64,000 nucleotides of DNA from Bdellovibrionota bacterium (GTDB taxonomy: Bacteria > Bdellovibrionota_G > JALEGL01 > DATDPG01): positions 2,464,001-2,528,000 of the forward strand of contig OY764265.1 in assembly GCA_963668355.1 (NCBI GenBank), written 5' to 3'. Position numbers and translations under genes: made by a program. Below, piece after piece: positions 1 to 9,152 of the stretch (its first letter is position 1; every line of letters begins with the position of its first letter). The notes under the pieces are model-generated. The model was not told the origin of the DNA and ran no database searches. It saw nothing but the letters and a program-made list of their open reading frames with translations.

Positions 1-1676
1 ATCGCCAAGTCTGTTTTGAGTTGGGTGGGGTGTTCCAGAAATCGAGACGTGTCCTCGGGGACCAGGGGATAAGGGAGCCAAAGAGGCTCATGTTGTAGGC
101 ACGCGTCGTCGGTGGGTTCTAAGTTGAAGTGAATTTCCAGCTCGTTCTTAACCCGTTTAAATTGCTTTCGGGAGAGCCACTGGGTTGTGGCTGTGCGGAT
201 GATTTGCGCGCAAACGGAAGCTTGAATGTCAAAGGGGTCCAAGGCCGAGTTTTCGCGGCAAAGATGTTGGAATGGGGGGCGGACTTCAAAGGGTACGCTT
301 GCTTGATGAAACAAGTATCCGGAGAAAGAGGAGGGGGTGGGCGTGTGTTCATAAAAGGTTAGGCGGGGAGAGAGAGGGGAATAGAGGGTCTTCAATTGGT
401 TGCGATACCACGATGCGTTTAAAAGACCTTCGGCGGCCAAGGCTACGTCAGGCCGTCTTCCTTCCACATAGGAACGATACCAAAGGGGGAAGATCCAGTG
501 GTCACTACGAACTTGGATGGCTGAAAAAGGAGGGATTTTGTCCAGATGTCGACTCAACGCTTCAGATTGCAAGCCTCCGGAACTGGCGAAAGAAGATAGG
601 TTCAAGGGAAAAGCGTGGAGAAAGGCGATTCCCGTCAAGAGAAGGGCCAGGCTGGGTTTTTTGAGTAATCCGGTGGCTCCCAGTGTGGCCAAGATCCATA
701 GAAAAAGAAGGGGGAACATCAGGTATGCATGGACGTCCGGGTTTTGAAGATGAAGGTCCTTTAGGAAAAAGGCGCGAATCATCCAAATGGAACCCGTGGA
801 AAGGGTTGCGGTCAAAAATGTGAGGGAAAGAAAGGTTTTTTTTCGGCGGAATAAAAACCAAATTCCCAGTGTGGCCAGAATCAGAACTGAGGGTTGGAGC
901 AAGGGAAGATTCGAGGAGCTGAGGGCTTGCGTTTCATACAATACCTCTCGAAAATCTTTGGCCCAAAGAAGGTCGGCGAGACGGGAGAGCGTTGAAGGAT
1001 CATCCCAGTTCAGGATCGGATGGGTTATGGCTCTCGCCGGTAGGTAGACAATGGTGCTAACTCCTAAGAACGTCATGAAAAGCCCCATTCCAAAAGACCG
1101 GAGCGAAACCGCCATTTTCTGAAGGTGGCCAAACAGAAAAACGGGGAGGAAGAGCAAGGCCAGCAAAGGTTGAAGTGTTAAGGCCAACCCAAAGACCCAC
1201 CAAGCTTGGTAGAGGTACCGCACGTCCGCTTTGAGTTTGGCTTTGAGAACCCAGAAAAAGCAAAGCAAAAGCAGAAACAGTTCTAGCGTGTAAACTTCGA
1301 TTCGCGTGCTCTGAAGGGCGATGGAAGGATGAAAGAGGGGAAGGATCGCCAATCCACAAAGGACCCATTGGTTTTTTCGCGCGCGAAGGTCCAGACCCAA
1401 AACTCCCGAAAACAACAGGCCCAGAACATTGTACAAAATTACCAGGGAAAGGCTGGTGAAAAGGGCTGAAAAGAGTTCCAAACGAAAGCCGATGGACCCA
1501 AAGGGAATCAATGTCAGCAATTTTCCAAGAAATACATATAGGCCATGTCCGGGGGGATGTGCCACGCCCAAAACATGAACGGCCGTAGCCAGTTCAGCGC
1601 TATCAAACCATCCCGGAAAATGTCCGCAAAAGAGGGAGAGAAAAGCGAAAGAAAAAAAGAAAAGAAGGCGTTTCAT
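1..1676 (-). CDS. DUF2723/TMEM260-like GT-C membrane glycosyltransferase, 3' end beyond window edge (not in ORF track)
   Basis: Manual translation from ATG at 1676: MKRLLFFF...WFDSAELATAVHVLGVAHPPGHGLY, multiple TM segments, later SDHWIFPLWYRSYVEGRRPDV. No in-frame stop in the stretches checked. ATGA overlap with the upstream gene's stop. Confidence 0.8.
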   Translation of the reverse strand, partial: MKRLLFFFSFAFLSLFCGHFPGWFDSAELATAVHVLGVAHPPGHGLYVFLGKLLTLIPFGSIGFRLELFSALFTSLSLVILYNVLGLLFSGVLGLDLRARKNQWVLCGLAILPLFHPSIALQSTRIEVYTLELFLLLLCFFWVLKAKLKADVRYLYQAWWVFGLALTLQPLLALLFLPVFLFGHLQKMAVSLRSFGMGLFMTFLGVSTIVYLPARAITHPILNWDDPSTLSRLADLLWAKDFREVLYETQALSSSNLPLLQPSVLILATLGIWFLFRRKKTFLSLTFLTATLSTGSIWMIRAFFLKDLHLQNPDVHAYLMFPLLFLWILATLGATGLLKKPSLALLLTGIAFLHAFPLNLSSFASSGGLQSEALSRHLDKIPPFSAIQVRSDHWIFPLWYRSYVEGRRPDVALAAEGLLNASWYRNQLKTLYSPLSPRLTFYEHTPTPSSFSGYLFHQASVPFEVRPPFQHLCRENSALDPFDIQASVCAQIIRTATTQWLSRKQFKRVKNELEIHFNLEPTDDACLQHEPLWLPYPLVPEDTSRFLEHPTQLKTDLA

Positions 1677-3247
1677 CGAGGTTTGTTGATCAGTTCATAG
1701 CCTTTGGATTCAATGAACAGACGAACGAGATTGGCATCAAGTTTCCCATCTTGAACTTCCATTTCCAAAATTTCCAGAGCCCTGGGAATGGGAACCGCGC
1801 GTTTATACGGTCGGTCTCGGGCCGCCAAAGCATCGAAAATGTCTGCGACCGTCATGATCTTGGATTGCAGAGGAATTTGCGAACTTGAAATCTTTCGGGG
1901 ATAGCCACTTCCATCCAACTTTTCGTGATGGGCATAGGCGATTTCGGGGGCTCTTTGAAGCTCTTTGGTCCAAGGAATTCGGGAGAGATATTGAAACGTA
2001 TGCGTTACATGGGATTCGATTTCTTGTCGTTCAGAGTCGGAAAGGCTGCCCTTGGGAACAGACAATCTGAAAATTTGGTTCGGGGAAATGATGGGCGTGG
2101 AACTGCCATCGGGTCGGGTGACATGAAGTTGGGATAGCTTGTCGAGTTCTCCGGATACGGACTCTGGAAGAACTGTGGGTTCATTGCTCGCGGTGATCAA
2201 CTCGTAGGCTTCTCGGATTTCTTCCATTCGAGCTTCCAGTCGCTGATCCATTTCTTTTAGTCGAGCGTCGGAGGGGGCGCCTCCTTTTTGAAGGTAGTCA
2301 ATCTTGTTTTGTGCATGCTCGAGTTGCGTATTCAAAATCAAGAGGTCAAAGCGAGAAGCAATGATTTCAAATTCATGCGGGTAGAGTTTTTTGGCTTTGA
2401 CCAGAACGGACTCTCTCACACCAATCTTTCCAAAGTCATGAAGGAGGGCGGCATATTTGAGTTCTTGCATCTCCTGATGGGAAAACGCTAGCCCTTGGAA
2501 AACCTTCTCCTCAGAACGGTCCACGCTCTGAGCCAAAAAACATGTCATGTCGGCTACACGTTCAGAATGTCCGGAAGTGGTGGGGTCTCGTGATTCGATC
2601 GCCAGAACGGAGGCCCGAATAAACCCTTCAAATAAATTCTGGATGTCAGAGTATAACTTCGCGTTTTCAATAGCAATTCCAGCCTGAGCTGAAAGGGCAG
2701 AGAGAACCCCTAGGTCATCTTCTGAAAACGGGATGACCTCATCCGGAATGTTTTGAATCGTGAGCTGTGTCTTTGGATTCCTTTTCTTGTTCCAAAGTTG
2801 CATGACTCCGATGAGTTGATCTTTTTGATCTTTCATGGCAACCGAAAGAACGGAACGAGAAAGATAGCCCGATTGTTTGTCGAAATCAGGATTGAAGCTG
2901 AAGGGAAGGTCCTCAGGCATTTCATATACATTTGGAATATTGATGGCCTCTCCGGTTGAAGCCACATAACCAGCCAAGCTTTTGTGATTGATGGGGAGGG
3001 TGAACTCCGTAAATGTCACAGGAATGGATTCGTTTTGAGAAAGTTTGAAGCGCAAATGAGAAGGAAGGGCAAAACCTTCACCTTCCGCAAGAAAAAGACT
3101 TCCCGCATCGGCATGGACTATATCCCGACATTTTTCAAGAATGCGTTCCAACAGACGATCCAGATTTTTTTCTTCGGCCAACGCAGCACTGATGGAGCAT
3201 AAGGCTTCGAAACGTTCGTCTTTTTGTGGAAATGACATTGAGGGCAT
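1673..3247 (-). CDS. GAF + HD-GYP cyclic dinucleotide phosphodiesterase
   Basis: N-terminal GAF domain; HDFGKIG and HHEKLDGSGYP motifs. Confidence 0.9.
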   Translation of the reverse strand: MPSMSFPQKDERFEALCSISAALAEEKNLDRLLERILEKCRDIVHADAGSLFLAEGEGFALPSHLRFKLSQNESIPVTFTEFTLPINHKSLAGYVASTGEAINIPNVYEMPEDLPFSFNPDFDKQSGYLSRSVLSVAMKDQKDQLIGVMQLWNKKRNPKTQLTIQNIPDEVIPFSEDDLGVLSALSAQAGIAIENAKLYSDIQNLFEGFIRASVLAIESRDPTTSGHSERVADMTCFLAQSVDRSEEKVFQGLAFSHQEMQELKYAALLHDFGKIGVRESVLVKAKKLYPHEFEIIASRFDLLILNTQLEHAQNKIDYLQKGGAPSDARLKEMDQRLEARMEEIREAYELITASNEPTVLPESVSGELDKLSQLHVTRPDGSSTPIISPNQIFRLSVPKGSLSDSERQEIESHVTHTFQYLSRIPWTKELQRAPEIAYAHHEKLDGSGYPRKISSSQIPLQSKIMTVADIFDALAARDRPYKRAVPIPRALEILEMEVQDGKLDANLVRLFIESKGYELINKPR

Positions 3248-3274
3248 TCATTGTACGGGGTTGAAGACGTTTGC

Positions 3275-4486
3275 TCAATAAACGAAGCGATCCAGATCGT
3301 AGATGGCGATCTTGGGGCGATTCCTTCCTTTGCATGCATCGGCAATTCGATCCATGAGGAGAAATGCCTGATCCCAGGTTTCTTCGTCATCCAGAGGAGA
3401 AAAGTCCTGTTCTTTTTCCCAAAGGGGATATGTAGAGTCCTTCTTTACACGCAAAGGGGAGATGTAGACATAATCTTCCATATCTAACGAGAGGCTTTTT
3501 AGAAGCTCAGTTGAGGCCTCCATATGCGAATCTTCATGCTCTCTGCCCCCAACTCCTGCCAGAAGAATGATGCCGACAGAGATATTGGCCTCTTTCAGGC
3601 CTTCAATTTTTTTTCGAAAGGAAGTTTCGTCTCCAGGCTTCAAAAGTCCTTTTCGAAGTTTCCATTCTCCGGTTTCCAGCCCGATGTACACGCGCTTTAA
3701 ACCGCGTGCATGCAATTCCTTGAACTGGGTGGATGTCCTTTTGGGAGCAGAGGCATCATCAAACGAATAAAGGGTTTGAGAGGCTTTTGCATTGGAGGTT
3801 CGTTTGAATGCGTCTTGAATGAGCTCAATTTTTTGAATCAGGAGATTGTGGTCAAGACAAAGCGCATTGGCTTCCCCAAGAAATATGGAGTTCCAACGAT
3901 CCAACGCACCTCTTTGAAACTCTAAGACTTTTTGAATATGCTGAGAAAGCTTTTCATCCGAAAGAACCTCAAACTCTCGATCTCCATACAGCGTACAAAA
4001 CCGACATTGGTTGTATGAACATCCACGCGTGACTTGAATCAGAAGAGAGCCATAGCAGTCTGGCGGGAGAATCGGAACGGATCCGTAAACGTTTTCGAAT
4101 TCGCGATGTTCCTGTTCCAGCTCTTGGGGGGAAAGTTTTTGAGCCATACGATGTATTTCCGGCTTGGCTTTTTCACCGGAAAGAAAATCTTCCATTTCCA
4201 ATAGGAAAGCATCGTTCGGAGCTTGGGCAATTTCTTTGAGTTCTTTTTGTACCTTCTCAAAAAGGACGCGGACTTCTTTTTCCGGGAGACGTTTGCAGAC
4301 CGGAAAGGTCTCAATGCCGCCGGGGCGAAATTCGACGACATGCCCATCCAAGCCGATTCGAAAGGTGTCCCCCTCAAGCCAAGCGTGAAAAAGGCGATGC
4401 TCTCGGTCGAATGAAAAGACCTGATCGTTGACCCGACTCAAAACAAAATAGCCGGGAAGTTTTATGAGTCGATACTGATTTGCCAC
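3275..4486 (-). CDS. Radical SAM protein
   Basis: GCSYNQCRFC cluster motif (CX4CX2C), RVYIGLETG. Confidence 0.8.
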   Translation of the reverse strand: MANQYRLIKLPGYFVLSRVNDQVFSFDREHRLFHAWLEGDTFRIGLDGHVVEFRPGGIETFPVCKRLPEKEVRVLFEKVQKELKEIAQAPNDAFLLEMEDFLSGEKAKPEIHRMAQKLSPQELEQEHREFENVYGSVPILPPDCYGSLLIQVTRGCSYNQCRFCTLYGDREFEVLSDEKLSQHIQKVLEFQRGALDRWNSIFLGEANALCLDHNLLIQKIELIQDAFKRTSNAKASQTLYSFDDASAPKRTSTQFKELHARGLKRVYIGLETGEWKLRKGLLKPGDETSFRKKIEGLKEANISVGIILLAGVGGREHEDSHMEASTELLKSLSLDMEDYVYISPLRVKKDSTYPLWEKEQDFSPLDDEETWDQAFLLMDRIADACKGRNRPKIAIYDLDRFVY

Positions 4487-4496
4487 GATCCGTTTT

Positions 4497-5870
4497 TTAT
4501 AACGGCTTTAAAATCGCTGTAAAGTGGCGTAGAGCAGGAGGCTCTTCAACGATTTGGTAGCCGCGAATGTCTTTCCGTCGATTGAAGACCTCTAGAATGA
4601 CTTCAATGACATAGTCCACGTGGCTTTGCGTATACGTTCTGCGTGGAATGGCCAATCGAACCAACTCCTGCTCCGAGGGGATGATGTTTCCCGTGTTGGG
4701 GTCGGTATGTCCAAACATAAGGGAACCAATTTCCACTCCCCGGATACCCCCTGCAACATAGAGTTCGCAAGCCAGCGCTTGAGCTGGGAGCTGCTGAGGC
4801 GGAATGTGGTCCACAAATTTTTTGGCATTGAGAAAAACCGCATGGCCTCCAATCGGCTTGATGACCGGTACGCCTTGTTCGGCCAAATGATTGCCCAGAT
4901 AACCTGTGGATGCCATTCGATATTCCAAATAATCGGGATCGATGACTTCTTCTAAGCCTTGAGCAATGGCCTCCAGGTCTCTGCCGGCCAAGCCACCGTA
5001 GGTCGGAAACCCTTCGGTGAGAATCAGAACATTGCGAGCCTGACGCGCCCAATCTTCATCGTTCATGGCCAAGATGCCGCCGATATTTGTGATGGCGTCT
5101 TTTTTGGCACTGAAGGTACAGCCATCCGCATAGGAAAAGGTTTCTTGAACAATTTCTTTGATGGAACGATTGGCTTGGCCTTTTTCTCGCTTTTGGATCA
5201 TGTAGGCGTTTTCGGCGAAACGACAACAATCCAGGAAGAAGGGAACGCCTCTTTTCTTACAAAGTTCGGAGACGCTTCGAATGTTTTCCAACGAAACCGG
5301 TTGTCCTCCCCAAGCATTGTTTGTGATCGTAAGCATCACGAGGGGAATTTCTTCTTTGGAATGTTGCTCAAAAACATTCTGAAGTTTTTCCAAGTCCATA
5401 TTTCCCTTGAACGGAAAGTCGGAATCAAAGTCTCGGGCTTCCTGAATCAGGAGATCCAATGCCTTGGCCCCACGGTGTTCGACATTGGCTCGCGTGGTAT
5501 CAAAGTGCGTGTTGTTGGGAATGATCTGCCCTTTATTCGCAACGATGGAAAAAAGAATTTTTTCAGAGGCTCGACCTTGATGAGTTGGAATGATGTATTT
5601 GAATCCTGTGAGGTCTCGAAAGGTGTCTTCCAGTTTGAAGAAACTTCGACTTCCCGCGTAGGACTCATCTCCGATCATGATTTTGCCCCATTGCGCGGCA
5701 CTCATGGCTCCCGTCCCACTGTCGGTTAGAAGATCGATGGTGACATCCTCCGCACGAAGATTGAAGAGGTTGTACCCGGCTTCCTTCAGCTTTTGTATTC
5801 GCTCTTCTTTCGTGAGCATGCGAATGGGTTCCACCGCTTTGATTCGAAAGGGCTCAATGATCGTCTTCAT
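4497..5870 (-). CDS. tnaA: Tryptophanase
   Basis: EPFRIKAVE, DLLTDSGT, SAKKD PLP lysine, FPTYGGLAGRD, RHFTA (TnaA-type rather than TPL-type). Confidence 0.85.
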   Translation of the reverse strand: MKTIIEPFRIKAVEPIRMLTKEERIQKLKEAGYNLFNLRAEDVTIDLLTDSGTGAMSAAQWGKIMIGDESYAGSRSFFKLEDTFRDLTGFKYIIPTHQGRASEKILFSIVANKGQIIPNNTHFDTTRANVEHRGAKALDLLIQEARDFDSDFPFKGNMDLEKLQNVFEQHSKEEIPLVMLTITNNAWGGQPVSLENIRSVSELCKKRGVPFFLDCCRFAENAYMIQKREKGQANRSIKEIVQETFSYADGCTFSAKKDAITNIGGILAMNDEDWARQARNVLILTEGFPTYGGLAGRDLEAIAQGLEEVIDPDYLEYRMASTGYLGNHLAEQGVPVIKPIGGHAVFLNAKKFVDHIPPQQLPAQALACELYVAGGIRGVEIGSLMFGHTDPNTGNIIPSEQELVRLAIPRRTYTQSHVDYVIEVILEVFNRRKDIRGYQIVEEPPALRHFTAILKPL

Positions 5871-5917
5871 GGCTTCAACTCCTTTATCCCAACATCAACA
5901 TCCACATTAGAGAGGGC

Positions 5918-7159
5918 TTAAATCATATCCAACGTGCGATTGAAGTCCTCCAAAAGATCGTTCCAGTCCTCAATGCCTACTGAAACGCGCAATAGGCCAT
6001 CCGTGATGCCCGCCTTCTGCCGAGTTTCCTCATCCAAATCACAGCTGATCGTGGTTGCCGGATGGGTGATGAGGGACTCCATGCCACCAAGACTGACGGC
6101 GAGTTTGCAAAGACCTACATTCCGTAGAAAATCGAAGGCCGCTTTTTTCCCACCTTTGACTTCAAACGTGAAAATGCCTCCGGGAAAAGCGCATTGCTTG
6201 TCTCGAATCCGGATCTGCTCTTTGTCTTCAAAGAGCGACGGATAGCCCACTCGATTGATTTTCGGATGATTTTTAAGCTCGTTGACGAGTCGTTCGGCCG
6301 ATTTGCTCTGTCGGTTCATTCGAAGCTCGACGGTTGGCAATCGACTGTTGAGAAGCCAACATTCATCGGGTGGCAAAATGGTTCCCAGAGAAGTACGTGT
6401 GGAAACGATTTTCTTCATCAGAGAGGTCTCTTTGCCCATCACAACTCCCGCGACGAGGTCGCTAAACCCCGCAAGATACTTTGTCGCGGAATACACCACC
6501 AGATCAGCACCGTGATTGAAGGGGTGTTGAAAAGTAGGGCCCATGAAAGTGTTGTCGACAACCACCAAAGGTTTTTCACCGGATTTGGTTTTAGCGGTTT
6601 CAACGGCCGAAGCAATATCGGTCATCATCAGCGTTGGATTGGACGGGGTTTCCATATAAACCATGGCCAAATCGTCCGTCGCGTTGATGAGTTCGTTGAG
6701 TTTTTGAGTGTCTCCTGAAGGGCAGGGAATTCCCTCGAAGCCCAGTTTTTTGGCCAATCCATGGTAGAACCCGATGGTCCCGCCGTAGAGTGGGGTTGTG
6801 TAGATGTATTTTTTGCCGGGTTGCATGATTGTAAAAAAGAGGGTGGAGATGGCCGATAGGCCGGAGTTGAACACGGCAGAGCAGGTCGCACCAGGTTCGA
6901 GAGCGATGACTTGGCTTTCAAAAATTTCCGCATTGGGATGAGAAAGTCGAGAATAGATGAGTTCAACATTTTCACCCGGTTTGGCTTCCGCACCGTGGGC
7001 CACATCAAAAGCTCTTTCTGCTGCTTCAGGGGAGGAGAAACAATAGGTGGAAGAGCGAAATACAGCGGGTCGAGCCGATCCTACGGAAAGCATCGGGTCA
7101 AAGCCTGCATGTAAAACGGCGGTACTGGGTCTTAAATTTTTTGCGTGTTTGTCTGACAT
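5918..7159 (-). CDS. Cys/Met metabolism PLP enzyme (cystathionine gamma-synthase/methionine gamma-lyase family)
   Basis: YSRLSHP, ETPSNP, DNTF, SATKY, SLGGMESL, LRVSVGIED. Confidence 0.9.
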   Translation of the reverse strand: MSDKHAKNLRPSTAVLHAGFDPMLSVGSARPAVFRSSTYCFSSPEAAERAFDVAHGAEAKPGENVELIYSRLSHPNAEIFESQVIALEPGATCSAVFNSGLSAISTLFFTIMQPGKKYIYTTPLYGGTIGFYHGLAKKLGFEGIPCPSGDTQKLNELINATDDLAMVYMETPSNPTLMMTDIASAVETAKTKSGEKPLVVVDNTFMGPTFQHPFNHGADLVVYSATKYLAGFSDLVAGVVMGKETSLMKKIVSTRTSLGTILPPDECWLLNSRLPTVELRMNRQSKSAERLVNELKNHPKINRVGYPSLFEDKEQIRIRDKQCAFPGGIFTFEVKGGKKAAFDFLRNVGLCKLAVSLGGMESLITHPATTISCDLDEETRQKAGITDGLLRVSVGIEDWNDLLEDFNRTLDMI

Positions 7160-7207
7160 GGTGGTTTTTATGTCATAGAAATTCGAAGTGAGAAAGGAAG
7201 AAAACGG

Positions 7208-8002
7208 TTATTTCAGGCGGAAGAGAAAAAAGGAAAAATCGTCTATGGCTTGAGGAACATGGGTTTCCGTATTGGACATTCGTTCCAGAAGCAAATTTTT
7301 GATTTCGTTCCTTGTCTGATCTAAATCACCTTTTCGAATCAGTTCATTCAACTCTTCGGATGTCACATTATCGGTGACCCCATCGCTCGCCATAAACACC
7401 GTATCTTTTTTGGCCAGGCGGTAGGGTGCGCCGACTTCAATCCGCATGTCTTCAAACCCCATCAAATTGTCTACAAAGTGCCTGTTCTTCAAGCAGTATG
7501 GGTGATCGGCTTCTGCAAATCCCGAAGCGAGCATATGACCCACGGGGGAGTGAGGAACCGTGAGGCGTTTCACCGCACCTTTTTGTCCAATGATTCGAAA
7601 GGAAGAGTCTCCGACGTGAAAAGAACGGACCTTTCGGCGATGCATTTCCAAAACGACTGCCGTGGAGCCGCTTCCTTTCCCCTGTTTTTGAATTTGACGG
7701 TTGGCTCGATCGAGCGTCATCAGAATGAGTGGGGTGAGGGGTTGTGTTTTTCGAATGCGAGAAAATTTCTTCGAAAACTCTTCCAGAATGATTCCCGAAG
7801 CCTCTTTTCCACTGGGTAGTCCCCCCGCACCATCGGCCAGGATTAAAAGCCCCTGATCTTTATTTACGGTTAGGGCGAGGAGTGCGTCTTCGTTGGAGGT
7901 CTCTTTATTGGGAGATCGTACGGAAAGCCCCGTGAGCCAGCCAAGTCCAAAAGAGGAGGTGGGCAACTCCCAAAAAGGTTCTTGTTGCGTGGAAAACGTC
8001 AT
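7208..8002 (-). CDS. PP2C-family Ser/Thr phosphatase
   Basis: NEDA, LADGAGG, HVGDS, ASDGVTD, DD motifs. Confidence 0.85.
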   Translation of the reverse strand: MTFSTQQEPFWELPTSSFGLGWLTGLSVRSPNKETSNEDALLALTVNKDQGLLILADGAGGLPSGKEASGIILEEFSKKFSRIRKTQPLTPLILMTLDRANRQIQKQGKGSGSTAVVLEMHRRKVRSFHVGDSSFRIIGQKGAVKRLTVPHSPVGHMLASGFAEADHPYCLKNRHFVDNLMGFEDMRIEVGAPYRLAKKDTVFMASDGVTDNVTSEELNELIRKGDLDQTRNEIKNLLLERMSNTETHVPQAIDDFSFFLFRLK

Positions 8003-8727
8003 TTTTCAAGCAAGCTATCCAGGGTCATGGTTTCCAAATAGCGTCGGAGTTGGCCTGCGGTTCGGAATTTTTTGCGCAGCAGCGATCGTTTCAGTCCGCA
8101 CACCAGTTGTTTAATTTCCTTGGGTTGTTTGGAGTAGTGTTTGCTCCCCCCAATGGCTTCATGAAAGATTTGAATGAGTTTCATCGTATCCTCTTCGATG
8201 TTTTCATGACTGGCTCCATTCCAGTGAAATAGGTCAATGAGTTTTAAATCAAAATGGAGGCCGACGCGTCGGAGGATGACATTGTCCGTGTGAAGATCTC
8301 CGTGATATTCCCGATGGCGATGGACTTCTTCCATGCCCTTGGCCAATTCATAGAGTAGATGAAGTGCTTGATAGGTATCGAGCCTCTTTCCTTTTCGGCT
8401 TTCAATGTACTGAGACAACATGAGGCCTTCGACATATTCGGAAACCAAGTAGAAAATTCGTTGTCGCCTAAACTGAATTTCTTCCATGGTGTTGTAGTGA
8501 ATGAGGATGCTGCAGCTTCTGAGTTTGTGAAGTTTTTTGGCGAAAAATTTTAGGGCCTTGTTTTTTTGATTTCGTTCCGGAAAAAAGAATTTTGCCGCGC
8601 GCTCAATCCCGGTTTCAAGCTCTTCCAATTTGTAGACTTCACCTTCCCAGCCCACGCCCAATCGTTCGATAATTTTATATTTTCGGGAAAGAACACGTCC
8701 CGGCTCAAAATCAAAAGAATCAATCAT
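7999..8727 (-). CDS. Small stand-alone Ser/Thr protein kinase
   Basis: LGVGWEGEVY glycine loop, AAK, HGDLHTDN catalytic loop; 4-nt overlap with the PP2C gene; start taken at ATG 8727. Confidence 0.8.
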   Translation of the reverse strand: MIDSFDFEPGRVLSRKYKIIERLGVGWEGEVYKLEELETGIERAAKFFFPERNQKNKALKFFAKKLHKLRSCSILIHYNTMEEIQFRRQRIFYLVSEYVEGLMLSQYIESRKGKRLDTYQALHLLYELAKGMEEVHRHREYHGDLHTDNVILRRVGLHFDLKLIDLFHWNGASHENIEEDTMKLIQIFHEAIGGSKHYSKQPKEIKQLVCGLKRSLLRKKFRTAGQLRRYLETMTLDSLLEK

Positions 8728-8798
8728 GATTACCAATTAGTTTCTCTGCGAAACCCACAAAAATCTATAATAAAGATGAATCTATGTAGTTGTTACGC

Positions 8799-8998
8799 GG
8801 GAGTGTTGAATAACTAGGGTTTGGGAGTCTCGGAAGCGCTTCGTTTACTCCGTCGAATGGCTCGCGCGTCTGCCATGCAAACAGAGGAGTTTCTGTAAAT
8901 TTCGTAAAGCCACGCACTTAAAATACTCTGGAGGCTCTGCTTAATTTCTCCCCCCGAAAACAAAACATTTCCGAGACGTGCATGTCTGCTTCCACTCC
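8799..8998. repeat. Intergenic element with imperfect terminal inverted repeats (MITE-like or structured RNA), copy 1
   Basis: GGAGTG...GTCTCGGAA at left, TTCCGAGAC...CACTCC at right; first ~95 bp align by eye with 10740-10836. Confidence 0.5.
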
Positions 8999-9152
8999 TT
9001 AGGCAATTGGATAGTGGATTAAACGACAGGCCCCGCCCATCGGGAATGGAAAGGACTTGTGAGTTGCGTTTTTTTCCCTACAATGCTGGCCGAATTGGCG
9101 GCTTTTGGGCTACCTTTTCCCCAAAATATTTACAACCAACGGAGTGAAAAAA

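Noticed and set aside
119..1368. Short ORFs suggesting a degenerate region, and the repeated TCCCAGTGTGGCCA 14-mer
   Set aside because: Explained by one long minus-strand CDS running off the edge; the 14-mer encodes LATLG in two TM helices
4497..5870. Tyrosine phenol-lyase call
   Set aside because: SAKKD, FPTYGG and RHFTA fit tryptophanase better than TPL (SGKKD, MPSYGG, RFFTA)
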